Below, in pieces: positions 50,935-61,483 of a stretch of DNA of 64,000 nt. The translations under genes were made by a program, and so were the position numbers. Within the stretch, counting starts at the first letter, position 1; the number at the start of each line of letters is the position of its first letter. Under the pieces are notes generated by a model that saw nothing but the letters and a program-made list of their open reading frames with translations, did not search any database and was not told the DNA's origin. Source of the stretch: Candidatus Hydrogenedentota bacterium (lineage in GTDB: Bacteria; Hydrogenedentota; Hydrogenedentia; Hydrogenedentales; SLHB01); contig CAXXTH010000003.1 of assembly GCA_963668025.2 (NCBI GenBank), positions 64,001-128,000 on the forward strand. Reading direction: 5' to 3'.

Positions 50935-52090
50935 ATACGCCTGAGATGAACGCCGTGATCTCTTTTGCACGGTGCAAATGCGTGTGCCGTTCCAGGACGG
51001 TTTTTCGAGCGGATTCACCCATGGCGCGTCGGGCGGCGGGGTCGGCCAGCAAACGGCGGTAGGTATCCATGGCTTCATCCGCTGAATGGACCACTAGCAT
51101 GTCGCGCCCAATATCAAACCACGTCTCCAAGCCTTCATACGGATTCGATACCACGCAGCATCCCATGGCGGCCAGCTCGAAGGGCCGGAAGGTGGAAGAG
51201 GCGAACACGCTCGCATGAGCGGCGCGGGTGATGTTCAGGTTGATGCGGCTGCGCCGACAGGCTTGGCGGAACACGTTGAACGGCACATCGCCTGTCTCCT
51301 GCACCTTGCCAAGGTCCATGCCGAAGCCTTGCCCGCCCACGGCGAATGAGTGGCCTTCCATTTCCAGGCTCGGCCGCACGAGCATCGCACGAATCCAGTC
51401 TTCCCGGTATTCCGACCCAAACCCATAGAAAAAAACATCCCGGTCTTCTTCCATGTCCAGCGGGGCGTACAGTTCCGGGTCAGGCCCCCAATGGACCGGC
51501 TGGACGCGCATCGCGCCCATCTCGAGCAATTCCTTCGCGCCGCCATCGGAATTGCACATAAAGCCGTCGTATTCGGCCAGATTCGCATTCTCGTAAATGC
51601 GAAAACCGGAAGCAAACCCTCCGAAGCGCGGCAGGCTGGCGGGCACATCGCCGTCAAAGTAAAAGAACGGCACATGAAAGCGCCCCCGCAAGCGCGAAGG
51701 CAGGCCTGTGAAATGGTTCAACGGAATGGTGAACAAGATAACGGCGTCCACATTCCGTTCCATATTCAATATATTCGCCAGATGCGCTTCCCATCGCGGA
51801 CGGATCCAGGACTCGATGAGCGCCTTCGAGATTTTACCGCTCATGCCCTCCTCGGTGGAAGTCGCGCCTTTGCCGAACCATTGTTTCACTTTCTGAAACG
51901 CCTGCCCTTCGAGCTGGCAAGGATTCGGATAGGCGCGCCACCAAGGCGTCTCGAAGGCCGCGCCCATATACGGGATGGCGATTACGTCATGTCCCAGTTC
52001 ATGCAGGCCCTTTAAAAACTGCCACCAGTTCGGCGTACAGCCGAACCGGTATCGAATATCCAGGGCGCTGCAAAGGCATACGAGTTTCAT
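50933..52090 (-). CDS. CgeB-like glycosyltransferase (GT-B, Glyco_trans_1_2)
   Basis: LHELGHDV, WGPDPELY, SRINLNITR, RPFELAAMGCCVVSN, VLERHT..HRA. Confidence 0.85.
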   Translation of the reverse strand: MKLVCLCSALDIRYRFGCTPNWWQFLKGLHELGHDVIAIPYMGAAFETPWWRAYPNPCQLEGQAFQKVKQWFGKGATSTEEGMSGKISKALIESWIRPRWEAHLANILNMERNVDAVILFTIPLNHFTGLPSRLRGRFHVPFFYFDGDVPASLPRFGGFASGFRIYENANLAEYDGFMCNSDGGAKELLEMGAMRVQPVHWGPDPELYAPLDMEEDRDVFFYGFGSEYREDWIRAMLVRPSLEMEGHSFAVGGQGFGMDLGKVQETGDVPFNVFRQACRRSRINLNITRAAHASVFASSTFRPFELAAMGCCVVSNPYEGLETWFDIGRDMLVVHSADEAMDTYRRLLADPAARRAMGESARKTVLERHTHLHRAKEITAFISGV

Positions 52091-52202
52091 GAAAGAATGA
52101 TAACATGGTGAATGGGGAAGAGCAATGGCGCGCAAAAAAACGAAAGCTATACAGTGAGGCTTGCTCCTTCATAATCTGCTTTGTTGTACTGCACGCAATA
52201 TT

Positions 52203-53746
52203 TCAAGGAGAAGTCGCTGTACATGGAGGAATGAAACGGTAGAGATATAAGGGCTGGCTGCCTCCAAAACTCCAGGCGCGGACGGGACACCTGCTCTTTT
52301 CCACAAATTCCCATATGTGGTTCAAATCTCCTTCCCTGAGTTCCACGAAGAGAGCCCAGAAGGGTTTCTGTTTGCTTAACCGTCCAGAAAGACTGGTAAA
52401 AAAACTCATCACTTCCAATATATTCATCGAAAGAATCATCGTGTATATTTACATAGTATTGTATTTCATCCAAAACAGAATTATTTCCTCTTTGTATGAT
52501 GGCTCCCATTTCTCCTCTTTGAACAAGCGTTTGAAGAATAGGTTTGACACGCTGCCAGTCCATGCGAAATGGCCGCTCGATGCTGGCCCACTGGCAGGAC
52601 ATGAAAGCAATGAGCAAGCCCAAAATGCCTAGCTTCATGATGTGTGGCCACAAATCCATCACGGCAGACAAGAACAATGGAAGCGCCAAAGTGACGGAGA
52701 AAAAAAGGTAGCGCCAAATAAAGCACGGTTTCAGCAGATAGCTGGCTGTAAATAGCATCAGAATCGGGATAAACAACACGGCAAACGGCAATATCGCTTT
52801 TTCACTAGGGGTTATTGCATACCCCAGTGGTGAGGACGGCATGGAGCGTTTCAAGTTGCAGGCAAAGAAGGGCGTCATAATAATGAGCAGCAATGGGGGC
52901 CAGATAATACAAAAACAATCCTCCCATATGCCCGCCTAACATCTGGTAGGGAAAAACACATCCGGTTATCGTTTCATATAGGTTTTTTTCTAGATCCCAG
53001 AGTCTCGGCTTGGGTATCCATTCGAGCATTCCCAAGGTGTCTCCCTGCGGCGTCAGGGCGAAATATAGGCCTGTCAGCGCCACGGAGGGTGCGATACTGA
53101 GCGCCCAGGGCAATATCTGCCGCCAGCGGCGGCGGAGGCTGGCCGCGAAAATGCACGCTTCCACCGAAAACAGGAGCGCTCCAAAAGGGTGGCTCGCCAG
53201 CAGCAACACGGCGGCTATGCCATGCATGATATGCCAGCGCGCGCGTCGTTCCTGAATGGCATTAACGAATGCATACAGCGCGGCAACGCTGAAGAACATG
53301 GCCAAGCCATAGCTGCGGATTTCCTGGGAATAATATACATGATATGGCGATACGGCCAAGGCCGCCGCAGCCGCCAATCCGCTCCAAGGGCCATATATGC
53401 GCCTTCCCAATACATAAACGAGCAAAACGGAGGCCATGCCGATCTCGATGCTCAACATGCGCATGGAATACACCGAGCCATCCGTGATGCGCGCCCATAT
53501 CCAGGCCAAGACGAAATGGAACGGAGGAATCGCGGGGCTTTGAACTTGCGCATCATGAAGCGCGCTCATAAACGGTTTATCGAGATGCTCATATGTGAAG
53601 AATTCGTCAAGCCATATGGATTCATCCGCCAATCGATACGTTCGCAACTGCCACGCCAGGGCGAGTATGCCGATAAAAATCGCCATATAGACGATTTGAT
53701 GCGTACGAGAAACACTGAATACCGCGCCGTGTTCTTCGCTGGACAT
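52203..53746 (-). CDS. GT39/PMT-like GT-C glycosyltransferase with two apparent +1 frameshifts
   Basis: LADESIWLDE, PPFHF, RMLS, SPYHVYYSQEIRSY. Removing one base each from G5 (52895-52899) and A7 (52398-52404) joins three ORF pieces into ~513 aa. Confidence 0.75.
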
Positions 53747-53936
53747 AACACACCTCTTGATTGTAGGAGAGCGCGTACGGAAACGAACGGCCCCATATGC
53801 TTGCTAATTATATGCATGACTGTAATGGCAAATCAATCCGTCGTAGAACAGGAAACTGAAAAAATGGGAAAATCTAGACGGGAAATTGCAATTAAAAACG
53901 TTCATTCATGACATCATATTTCTCATTTTTGAGAAA

Positions 53937-53952
53937 TGTTTCTCGCTAAACA
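53937..53952. promoter_or_regulatory. TGT-N10-ACA enhancer-like site
   Basis: TGTTTCTCGCTAAACA, next to palindrome ATTTCTCA-tttt-TGAGAAAT (53918-53937), ~180 bp upstream of a sigma54-like motif. Confidence 0.35.
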
Positions 53953-54132
53953 TGAGTAATTTTTATCGGAATTGAACTATCGTGCAATATTCCAAGCATA
54001 CCCAGCTTATTCCCATTGATATTCGAGCGCAAGAACACATGATTCTCTAATGCGTTATATTGCAATGCGTTACGTACCGGGTATCCCACGAAAAGCCGTG
54101 TTATTCCATGCAATAAAATCCAAACCCTAAAT

Positions 54133-54149
54133 GCGGCATGAAAAATGCT
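54133..54149 (+). promoter_or_regulatory. sigma54 (-24/-12) promoter candidate
   Basis: GCGGCATGAAAAATGCT: GG-N10-GC spacing, ~45 bp before the PEP-CTERM gene start. Confidence 0.55.
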
Positions 54150-54194
54150 CAATCTATATCAGTTTATAACTGGAAACGAGCTTGGAGGATAAAA

Positions 54195-54947
54195 ATGATG
54201 AAGACGAGAATGACCAGTATTATCTGGGCGGCATCAATTATAGCCCTGTCTACTGCATCTGCGTTAGCGGATACAGTCACATTTTCTGCGTCGGGAAGCG
54301 GAGATGGTTCAAATGCATTGGCGGCGGACGCCACATTTGAGATTTCTGGGAATCTGTTACTCGTAACACTCACCAATACATCGACGGATTCCACCGAGAT
54401 CCCGGCGGAAGTGCTTACTGGCGTATTCTTTGATATTGAAGGCAATCCGCTTCTCACACCGGTTTCCGGTGTGTTGGCGGGTGGAAGCGCCATTGTGAAT
54501 GCGGCCACTCCCGCGGATGGCATAGTCGGCGGAGAATGGGCGTATCGCGCGGACGTGGATTCGTCCTTCAACCGCGCCAGCTATGGCATCAGCAGCACAG
54601 GTTTAGGCGTATTCGGCCCCGGGGATCTCTTCCCGGAATCGAAGCTGAGCAAGAATCCGCCGGATGGCATGAGCTATGGCATTATCAGCGCGGGTGGCAT
54701 TGGCGACGACGCAAATAGCGCCATCCTGACCAATGCGTTCATCAGCAATTCGGTGCTGTTCACTTTCTTGATTGAAGATCCAGACAGTTTCAGCCTGGAC
54801 GATATCTCAAATGTAGGCTTCCAGTACGGAACATCGTTGTGCGAACCATATATTACGACCGTCGTTCCCGAGCCTGCTTCGATGGCCTTGCTGGGTTTAG
54901 GCCTTGCTGGATTGGTTGTCCGCCGTTTACGTTCGCGGAAAGCATAA
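54195..54947 (+). CDS. PEP-CTERM exosortase substrate (XDD4-like surface domain)
   Basis: Signal peptide ending ALA-D, ATFEISGNLLLVTLTNTS..LTGVFFD, VGFQYGTS, VPEPASMALLGLGLAGLVVRRLRSRKA. Confidence 0.92.
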   Translation: MMKTRMTSIIWAASIIALSTASALADTVTFSASGSGDGSNALAADATFEISGNLLLVTLTNTSTDSTEIPAEVLTGVFFDIEGNPLLTPVSGVLAGGSAIVNAATPADGIVGGEWAYRADVDSSFNRASYGISSTGLGVFGPGDLFPESKLSKNPPDGMSYGIISAGGIGDDANSAILTNAFISNSVLFTFLIEDPDSFSLDDISNVGFQYGTSLCEPYITTVVPEPASMALLGLGLAGLVVRRLRSRKA

Positions 54948-54979
54948 AACCTTTCCTTAAGCATTCAAGGTGTGACATT

Positions 54980-55004
54980 AGCGCGGATGAAAATCCGCGC
55001 TTTT
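54980..55004 (+). terminator. rho-independent terminator
   Basis: AGCGCGGAT-gaaa-ATCCGCGCT followed by TTT. Confidence 0.65.
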
Positions 55005-55073
55005 CCATGTTTTTTTGGAAGAGAATATTCTTCTGGCTGCGGGAATGTATGGGTGTGCGTCCCAATTGTGCTT

Positions 55074-56387
55074 TCATGCGGCATCTTTCCTAGCTCTGTC
55101 GGCCCAGAAGTCTTCGAAGTCTCTGTTCAAGAAGGCGCATCGTAGCGTAATGATCTTGTTTGCACCGTTGACCGTCCATCTCATTCCGGACTGCTTGAGC
55201 CGTTTTCCTACAACATTTTTGCAGCCGGCCTCTATGACGCCGGAGCCGACGAACAGTTTTTGTTCCCGGAATTCGGCATAGCGCATCATGTGGGCGCGGC
55301 TGCCCAGATACAGAAAATGTTCCCAGGCCGCCTTGCCGTCATCGTCGTGGCTGGGCATGTGTGGCCGCAGTAGCTCCAGGGCCTGCGCGGCCTCTCCCTG
55401 CCGCACGAGTTCGCTGAGGCTTTGGCGCATCCGCATCCCCAGCTCAGTGGTCTTCCCAAAGAGCAGCGCGCACAACAGCGCCAGGTGTTCCAGTGCGTGA
55501 TACAGGTCGAGGATGTGAACGGCCCCGGGGAAGTAGTCGGCGGCGATGTTCGCTATCCATTGCGCGCCGTCGGAAAGGACCACCACCTTTTGCGCGCGTT
55601 CCAGTCCACGGCGCTGGGCTTCGGCGAAGATGCGGCCTGCAAAGGCTTCGGCGTTTTCCACGGCGCCGGAAAAGGTGGTGCTGCCGGGGTCGCGCACCGG
55701 CTCCCCCTTCTCGTCCGTGCTGGTTTGTGTGAAGACGCATCCGATTTTGGCCTCACGGGTTTTGGCGGATCCGTCTTGCGCCTTTCCCTTGCGCCCGTCC
55801 GTTTCGGACTTGACGACGGGAACCCCCGTGCCGTCCATTTCGATGTACAGGACGGGAATCTCATCGCCGGTGCTGGGCTGCGCGGGGTTTGACGGATGCC
55901 CGCGCCGCTGCTTTTCCCACGCGGCCACGTCCGCTCCCGTCTGCTCGCTGGACCGCTCGCAGTCCTTGGCGCTCACGCTGATGCCCGCCAGTTCTTTTAG
56001 ATCCCCGGCGGCGTCCGCGAAGCTTTCCCGCGCGCCAAGGCGCGCCGTCATTCGCCTGACGCCGGGCGAACGCGAAGTGCCCGCGACATCCAGCAGTTCG
56101 TCCGCTGGATAGGCGGTGGCCCCGCATGGGCAGCGGTACATCGCGCGCTCCTGCGTGACGTTCCCCAGAATGGTCGTGATGCGCCTGGCCCGCATGCCCG
56201 CGCGGCGCATGGGATGGCCGCACAGCGGGCACGCATGCTCCTGGCCCTGGACAATGGCGTTTGCCTTGTCGAACAGGACGGCCAGCGTCTTTCCCGCGCC
56301 TTCCAGGGCGGCGGTGCGGATGAGTTTCTCCGTTGCTTCAAAGTCCACGCCGCGGTCCCGGCGGACTAGCGCCAGCGCCCGCGACAT
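55074..56387 (-). CDS. ISKra4-like (Mutator-type DDE) transposase
   Basis: CPLC..CPC, YIEMDGTGVP, LSDGAQWI, ILDLYHALEHL, GSGVIEAGCKNVVGKRLKQSGMRW. Confidence 0.92.
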   Translation of the reverse strand: MSRALALVRRDRGVDFEATEKLIRTAALEGAGKTLAVLFDKANAIVQGQEHACPLCGHPMRRAGMRARRITTILGNVTQERAMYRCPCGATAYPADELLDVAGTSRSPGVRRMTARLGARESFADAAGDLKELAGISVSAKDCERSSEQTGADVAAWEKQRRGHPSNPAQPSTGDEIPVLYIEMDGTGVPVVKSETDGRKGKAQDGSAKTREAKIGCVFTQTSTDEKGEPVRDPGSTTFSGAVENAEAFAGRIFAEAQRRGLERAQKVVVLSDGAQWIANIAADYFPGAVHILDLYHALEHLALLCALLFGKTTELGMRMRQSLSELVRQGEAAQALELLRPHMPSHDDDGKAAWEHFLYLGSRAHMMRYAEFREQKLFVGSGVIEAGCKNVVGKRLKQSGMRWTVNGANKIITLRCAFLNRDFEDFWADRARKDAA

Positions 56388-56410
56388 TTCCGCGGACCTT
56401 TCCAGTTCGA

Positions 56411-56773
56411 CTAGAGCCCTTTTTTTTGCCGCTCGTGGGCGGCCTCCTTGTCGCGCTCAAGCTCTCCGAGCTGTTGTGTCAGCTCGCAAAAGCGTTCGGC
56501 GAGTTCGTGAATACGCTTGCTGTTGTCCGTCTGTTCACGGGCGCGCCGCACGTCCTCGGGACTTCGCAGCCGCTGCCGCCGGGGCTTTCCCTGCTCGTAC
56601 CACTGCAGGGAGTAATAAGGTCCCCGTTCCACGGCCTCCGGCATGTCCTTGCGTGTGCCCTTGACCATTTGCTCCGACACGCCGCCCGGGTGGGCGCTTC
56701 GAATGGCGCGCATCTGCCCCAAAATACATTCCCGTTGCGCTTCAATCGTCTCAATGTTCATGGCGGCCTCCAT
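56411..56773 (-). CDS. IS upstream ORF (orfA)
   Basis: Identical to 50243-50605, with the slippery A8G at its 3' end. Confidence 0.75.
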   Translation of the reverse strand: MEAAMNIETIEAQRECILGQMRAIRSAHPGGVSEQMVKGTRKDMPEAVERGPYYSLQWYEQGKPRRQRLRSPEDVRRAREQTDNSKRIHELAERFCELTQQLGELERDKEAAHERQKKGL

Positions 56774-56922
56774 TTGTGTCTATACAGACACAAAATTATA
56801 CCGCAAAAAACATCTGGACGCAACGAAACACAATCATGGCGCACACCCGGAATGTATCCAACGGTGTTTGTCGTTTGTATAACCGTGTATACTGCTCTGA
56901 AATGACACGGGGAGATATTATA

Positions 56923-57909
56923 ATGGAACGGCGAACGTTTATGAAGCAAGGCATTGCCACGGCCGCCGTGCTCGCCGCTGGCAACGCCCGGCCGCAGACA
57001 AATGAGGTAACCAATATGTCCAATACCGAATCCGCCTCTTCGACAACGCCGCTTGCACGCCGCGCCTATGGCAAAGATGGCGTCAAGTTATCCATGATCG
57101 GATTTGGCGGCATCGTGGTCAGCGGCGAGGAACAGGCGCATGCCAATGAGGTCGTCGCCAAGGCGTATGAACGCGGCGTGAATTATTTCGATGTGGCCCC
57201 CACGTATGGCGACGCTGAAATCAAACTCGGCCCGGCCCTCGAGCCCTACCGTAAAGACTGCTTCCTAGCATGCAAAACGGGCATCCGAACCCGCCCCGAA
57301 GCCGAGGCTGAGTTCAAACGTTCCCTGGAACGCCTCCGCACGGACCATTTTGACCTATACCAGCTCCACGGCATCACCGATATCGTCAAAGATGTGGACC
57401 CTGTCTTCGAGAAAGGCGGCCTTATGGAGTTTCTCGCCGAACGTAGAAAAGCAGGCCAGATCCGCTATCTCGGGTTTTCCGCCCATTCGGATGAAGCCGC
57501 TCTCGCGGCCATGGACCGCTTCGATTTCGACTCGGCCTTGTTTCCCATCAATTTCTCCACCTGGCTGAGAGGCCAATTCGGAAAGAAAATGTTCGCACGC
57601 TTGCAAGAAAAGGGCATGTCGCTCCTTGCGCTAAAGGCGATGGCATGCCAGCAGTGGCCCGAAAATGACCCGCAACGCCAGGAATACGGCAAATGCTGGT
57701 ATAAGCCCCTGACGGACCCTGCCCAATCGGAACTGGCCCTCCGCTGGACCTTGAGCCAGCCCATCACCGCCGCACTTCCCCCTGGCGAGGAAGTGTGCTT
57801 CTGGCAAGCCGTGGAGTTCGCCTCCCGCTTTAAAGAAATCACGGAAGCCGAGACCGCCCAGCTCCAAGCCATGGCCGAACCGCTGAAGCTCATTTTCAGC
57901 GCGGCATAA
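56923..57909 (+). CDS. aldo/keto reductase with Tat-like N-terminus
   Basis: MERRTFMK, IGFGG, GVNYFDVAPTYG, LACKT, SLERLRTDHFDLYQLH, RYLGFSAH. Confidence 0.9.
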   Translation: MERRTFMKQGIATAAVLAAGNARPQTNEVTNMSNTESASSTTPLARRAYGKDGVKLSMIGFGGIVVSGEEQAHANEVVAKAYERGVNYFDVAPTYGDAEIKLGPALEPYRKDCFLACKTGIRTRPEAEAEFKRSLERLRTDHFDLYQLHGITDIVKDVDPVFEKGGLMEFLAERRKAGQIRYLGFSAHSDEAALAAMDRFDFDSALFPINFSTWLRGQFGKKMFARLQEKGMSLLALKAMACQQWPENDPQRQEYGKCWYKPLTDPAQSELALRWTLSQPITAALPPGEEVCFWQAVEFASRFKEITEAETAQLQAMAEPLKLIFSAA

Positions 57910-58095
57910 ACCAACGGCCACACCGCATGAATGGCTAGGGAGGATTTCCCTGCCTTGCCTGTTGACAAAGCAAGCCGTATTCCGATTGAATAGGCGGTGC
58001 GGCTTCGGGCTATTCAGCATGATTCCCCATCACAAGCTTAGCGAGAACCGCCACCGGGCAAAACAGAATATATAAACCTTAACAAAGGAGGAGCC

Positions 58096-61000
58096 ATGCC
58101 TCGCCGAAATGACATCAAGAAAGTAATGATCATTGGTTCAGGACCTATCGTAATTGGCCAGGCGTGCGAGTTCGATTATTCCGGAACACAAGCCTGCAAG
58201 GCCTTGCGCAAGCTCGGGTATGAGATTGTCCTGGCCAACTCGAATCCCGCGACCATCATGACGGATCCGGGCATCGCGGACGCTACTTATATCGAGCCGC
58301 TTAATGCCGAGGACCATGCGTGAAATCATCGCCAAGGAACGGCCGGATGCGCTGCTGCCTAATTTGGGCGGGCAATCGGGCCTGAACCTGGCATCGGAAC
58401 TTGCGCGGAATGGCACGCTGGCCGAATTCGGGGTGCAGGTGATCGGGGTGCAGGTGGACGCCATCGAGCGCGGCGAGGACCGTAGCGAATTTAAAAAGAC
58501 CATGCAGCAGTTGGGCATCGAGATGCCCCGCAGCGATCTGGCCTATACCGTGGAAGAGGCGGAACGCATCGCCGAGCAACTTCAATATCCCGTGGTGATC
58601 CGGCCGGCCTACACGATGGGGGGCACGGGCGGCGGGCTTGTCTACAATATCGAAGAACTGCGCACCGTGGCGGCCCGCGGCTTGGCGGTGAGCCTGGTCC
58701 ACCAGATCCTGGTCGAGGAAAGCGTGCTCGGGTGGGAAGAACTCGAACTCGAGGTCGTGCGCGACGCCAAAAAACCAGATGATCACCGTGTGCTTTATCG
58801 AGAACGTGGACGCCATGGGCGTGCATACGGGCGATTCCTATTGCACGGCGCCGATGCTGACGATTGATAAAGAACTCCAACAAAAGCTGCAAAAATACTC
58901 CTATGACATCGTTGAAGCGATTGAGGTCATCGGCGGCACCAATATCCAGTTTGCCCATGATCCGAAAACGGGCCGGGTGGTCGTGATCGAGATTAACCCG
59001 CGCACCTCGCGCTCGTCGGCGCTGGCCTCGAAAGCGACCGGATTTCCCATTGCCATGATCTCCTCGATGCTCGCGGGCGGCATGACCCTTGACGAGATCC
59101 CCTATTGGCGCGATGGCAATTTAGATAAATATACCCCCTCGGGCGATTACGTGGTGGTCAAGTTCGCCCGGTGGGCTTTCGAGAAATTCCGCGGCGTAGA
59201 GGACAAGCTCGGCACGCAAATGCGGGCCGTGGGCGAAGTCATGAGCCTGGGGAAAACATATAAGGAAGCGCTTCAAAAAGCGATCCGCTCCCTTGAAACA
59301 GGACGGTACGGCCTGGGCTTTGCGAAGAATTTCCCACGAACTGCCGTTGGAAGAGTTGCTTAAACGCTTATGCATCCCCACCAGCGAACGGCAGTTCTTG
59401 ATGTACGAATCCCTGCGCAAAGGCGCTACGGTGGACGAGCTGCATGCGCTCACCCACATCAAAGCATGGTTCATCGAGCAAATGCGTGAACTCGTCCAAT
59501 TGGAAGAAGAACTGCTGGCGTTCAAAGGCCGGGAGATACCGGACGCCCTCCTTGCCCGAGCCAAAAAGGACGGATTCGCGGACAAGTATCTCGCAAAAAT
59601 CCTGGCCGTCCCAGAGAAAACGATCCGACAACAACGGACAGCGGCGGGCGTAGTCGAGGCATGGGACGCGGTTCCGGTCAGCGGCGTCGAGAACGCGGCC
59701 TATTATTACTCCACCTATAACGCCCCGGATAAGGTGGCGGTAAGCAATAAGAAAAAAATCATGGTTCTTGGCGGAGGCCCCAACCGCATCGGCCAAGGCA
59801 TCGAGTTCGACTACTGCTGCGTGCATGCGGCGTTCACGTTGCGTGATAGCGGCTATGAGTCCATCATGATCAACTGCAATCCCGAGACGGTCTCCACGGA
59901 CTATGACACATCGGATAAACTCTATTTTGAGCCGTTGACCGTCGAGGATGTCCTCAGCATCTATGAGAAAGAACGGCCCGAGGGCGTCATCGTTCAGTTT
60001 GGCGGCCAAACGCCGCTTAATTTGGCCCGGGAACTGGCGGATGCGGGCGTTCCCATTCTAGGCACCACGCCCGAGACCATTGATCTAGCGGAAGACCGGG
60101 ACCGTTTCCGGCAGATCATGCAGCGCCTGGGCATTCCACAACCTGAATCCGGCATGGCCAGTGCGCTCGATGAGGCCCTTGCTATTGCGGCGAGAATCGG
60201 CTATCCCCTCATGGTGCGCCCTTCCTACGTCCTTGGAGGACGCGGCATGGAGGTCGTTCATGACGAGGAAATGCTGCGGCATTACGTGGCGGCGGCGGTC
60301 GAGATCTCGCCGGAACGCCCCATCCTGATTGACAAGTTCCTCGATAACGCCATCGAGGTCGAGGCGGACGCGATTTCGGATGGCGAAGACGCGTTCGTCC
60401 CGGCGATTATGGAGCACATCGAGCTGGCGGGGGTGCATTCCGGGGATTCGGCTTGCGTCATTCCCCCCATTAGCATTGCGCCAAAACACATCGACACCAT
60501 CACCGAATACACCCGGCGCATCGCCATGGAATTGGGCGTCGTGGGGCTCATGAACATCCAGTACGCCATTGCGAGCGACACGGTCTACGTGCTTGAAGCC
60601 AATCCACGGGCCTCGCGCACGGTGCCGCTGGTGTCCAAGGTATGCGGCATTTCGATGGCCCGGCTCGCCACGGAAGTGATGCTCGGTAAAAAGATCCGGG
60701 AAATGAATCTAAAGCACGCGCCCATTCCCCACTACGGCGTCAAGGAGGCCGTTTTCCCCTTCAACATGTTCCCGGAAGTCGATCCGGTTCTCGGACCGGA
60801 AATGCGCTCCACGGGCGAGGTGCTAGGAATGGCCGAGTCGTTTGGGCTGGCGTTCTACAAGGCCCAAGAGGCCACCGGGCTTTGCCTGCCGCTCGAGGGT
60901 ACGGTGCTGATTACCGTGGCGGACCCCGATAAACCTCGTATTATCGAAGTCGCAAGGCAGTTTCGTGAACAAGGGTTCACGATTTGCGCCACCAAAGGCA

Positions 61001-61299
61001 CGCATGATTTCTTGGCTGGACACGGTATCGAGACCAAGCCCATCAAGAAACTGCACGAAGGCCGCCCCAATATCGTCGATGCCATCAATAATGGCGAAAT
61101 ACATCTGGTGGTAAACACGCCGGGCGGAAAACTGAGCACCTCGGATGATTCCTATATACGAAAAACAGCCATAAAGTACCGAATCCCCTATGTGACCACT
61201 GCCGCTGGCGCACTGGCCGCCGCTAGGGGCATATCTTCCCGAAAAGAAAAGAGCAGCGTGGTGCGTTCTCTCCAAGAGTACATTAAAGCGATGAAATAA
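58096..61299 (+). CDS. carB: carbamoyl-phosphate synthase large subunit, three apparent +1 frameshifts
   Basis: [62 protein letters not shown] domain. Extra bases at ~58311, 58769-58774 and 59333-59335; removing them gives 1066 aa. Confidence 0.93.
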
Positions 61300-61387
61300 C
61301 CCGGAGATGATGTCCGATTCGCAAATGAGCTAGTGTTCTCGATCCGTCGAATCAGACCAATATGCGCGCCCGGGATTTGTAAGGTGT

Positions 61388-61418
61388 TGGCGAGGCCGTT
61401 TTTTACACGGCCTCGCCA
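61388..61418. terminator. hairpin between convergent genes
   Basis: TGGCGAGGCCGT-tttttac-ACGGCCTCGCCA, 12-bp stem. Confidence 0.6.
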
Positions 61419-61483
61419 GCGCTTCCCATCATGGTGATTTGAGGTTTAGGCCTGGCTGTTGAAACAGAATGCCTTAATCATCT

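Larger units (their letters stand above)
55051..56848 (-). mobile_element. ISKra4-like insertion sequence, copy 2 (intact)
   Basis: Same TIRs as copy 1. 9-bp TSD GGAATGTAT at 55042-55050 and 56849-56857. Confidence 0.93.

Noticed and set aside
48882-56848. Composite transposon carrying the GT and PEP-CTERM genes between two IS copies
   Set aside because: Each copy has its own distinct 9-bp TSD (TATTTCCTT versus GGAATGTAT), so these are independent insertions.
58096-59363. carB fragments as separate genes or programmed recoding
   Set aside because: The breaks are single extra bases in short homopolymers, matching errors elsewhere in the window; the repaired length is normal.
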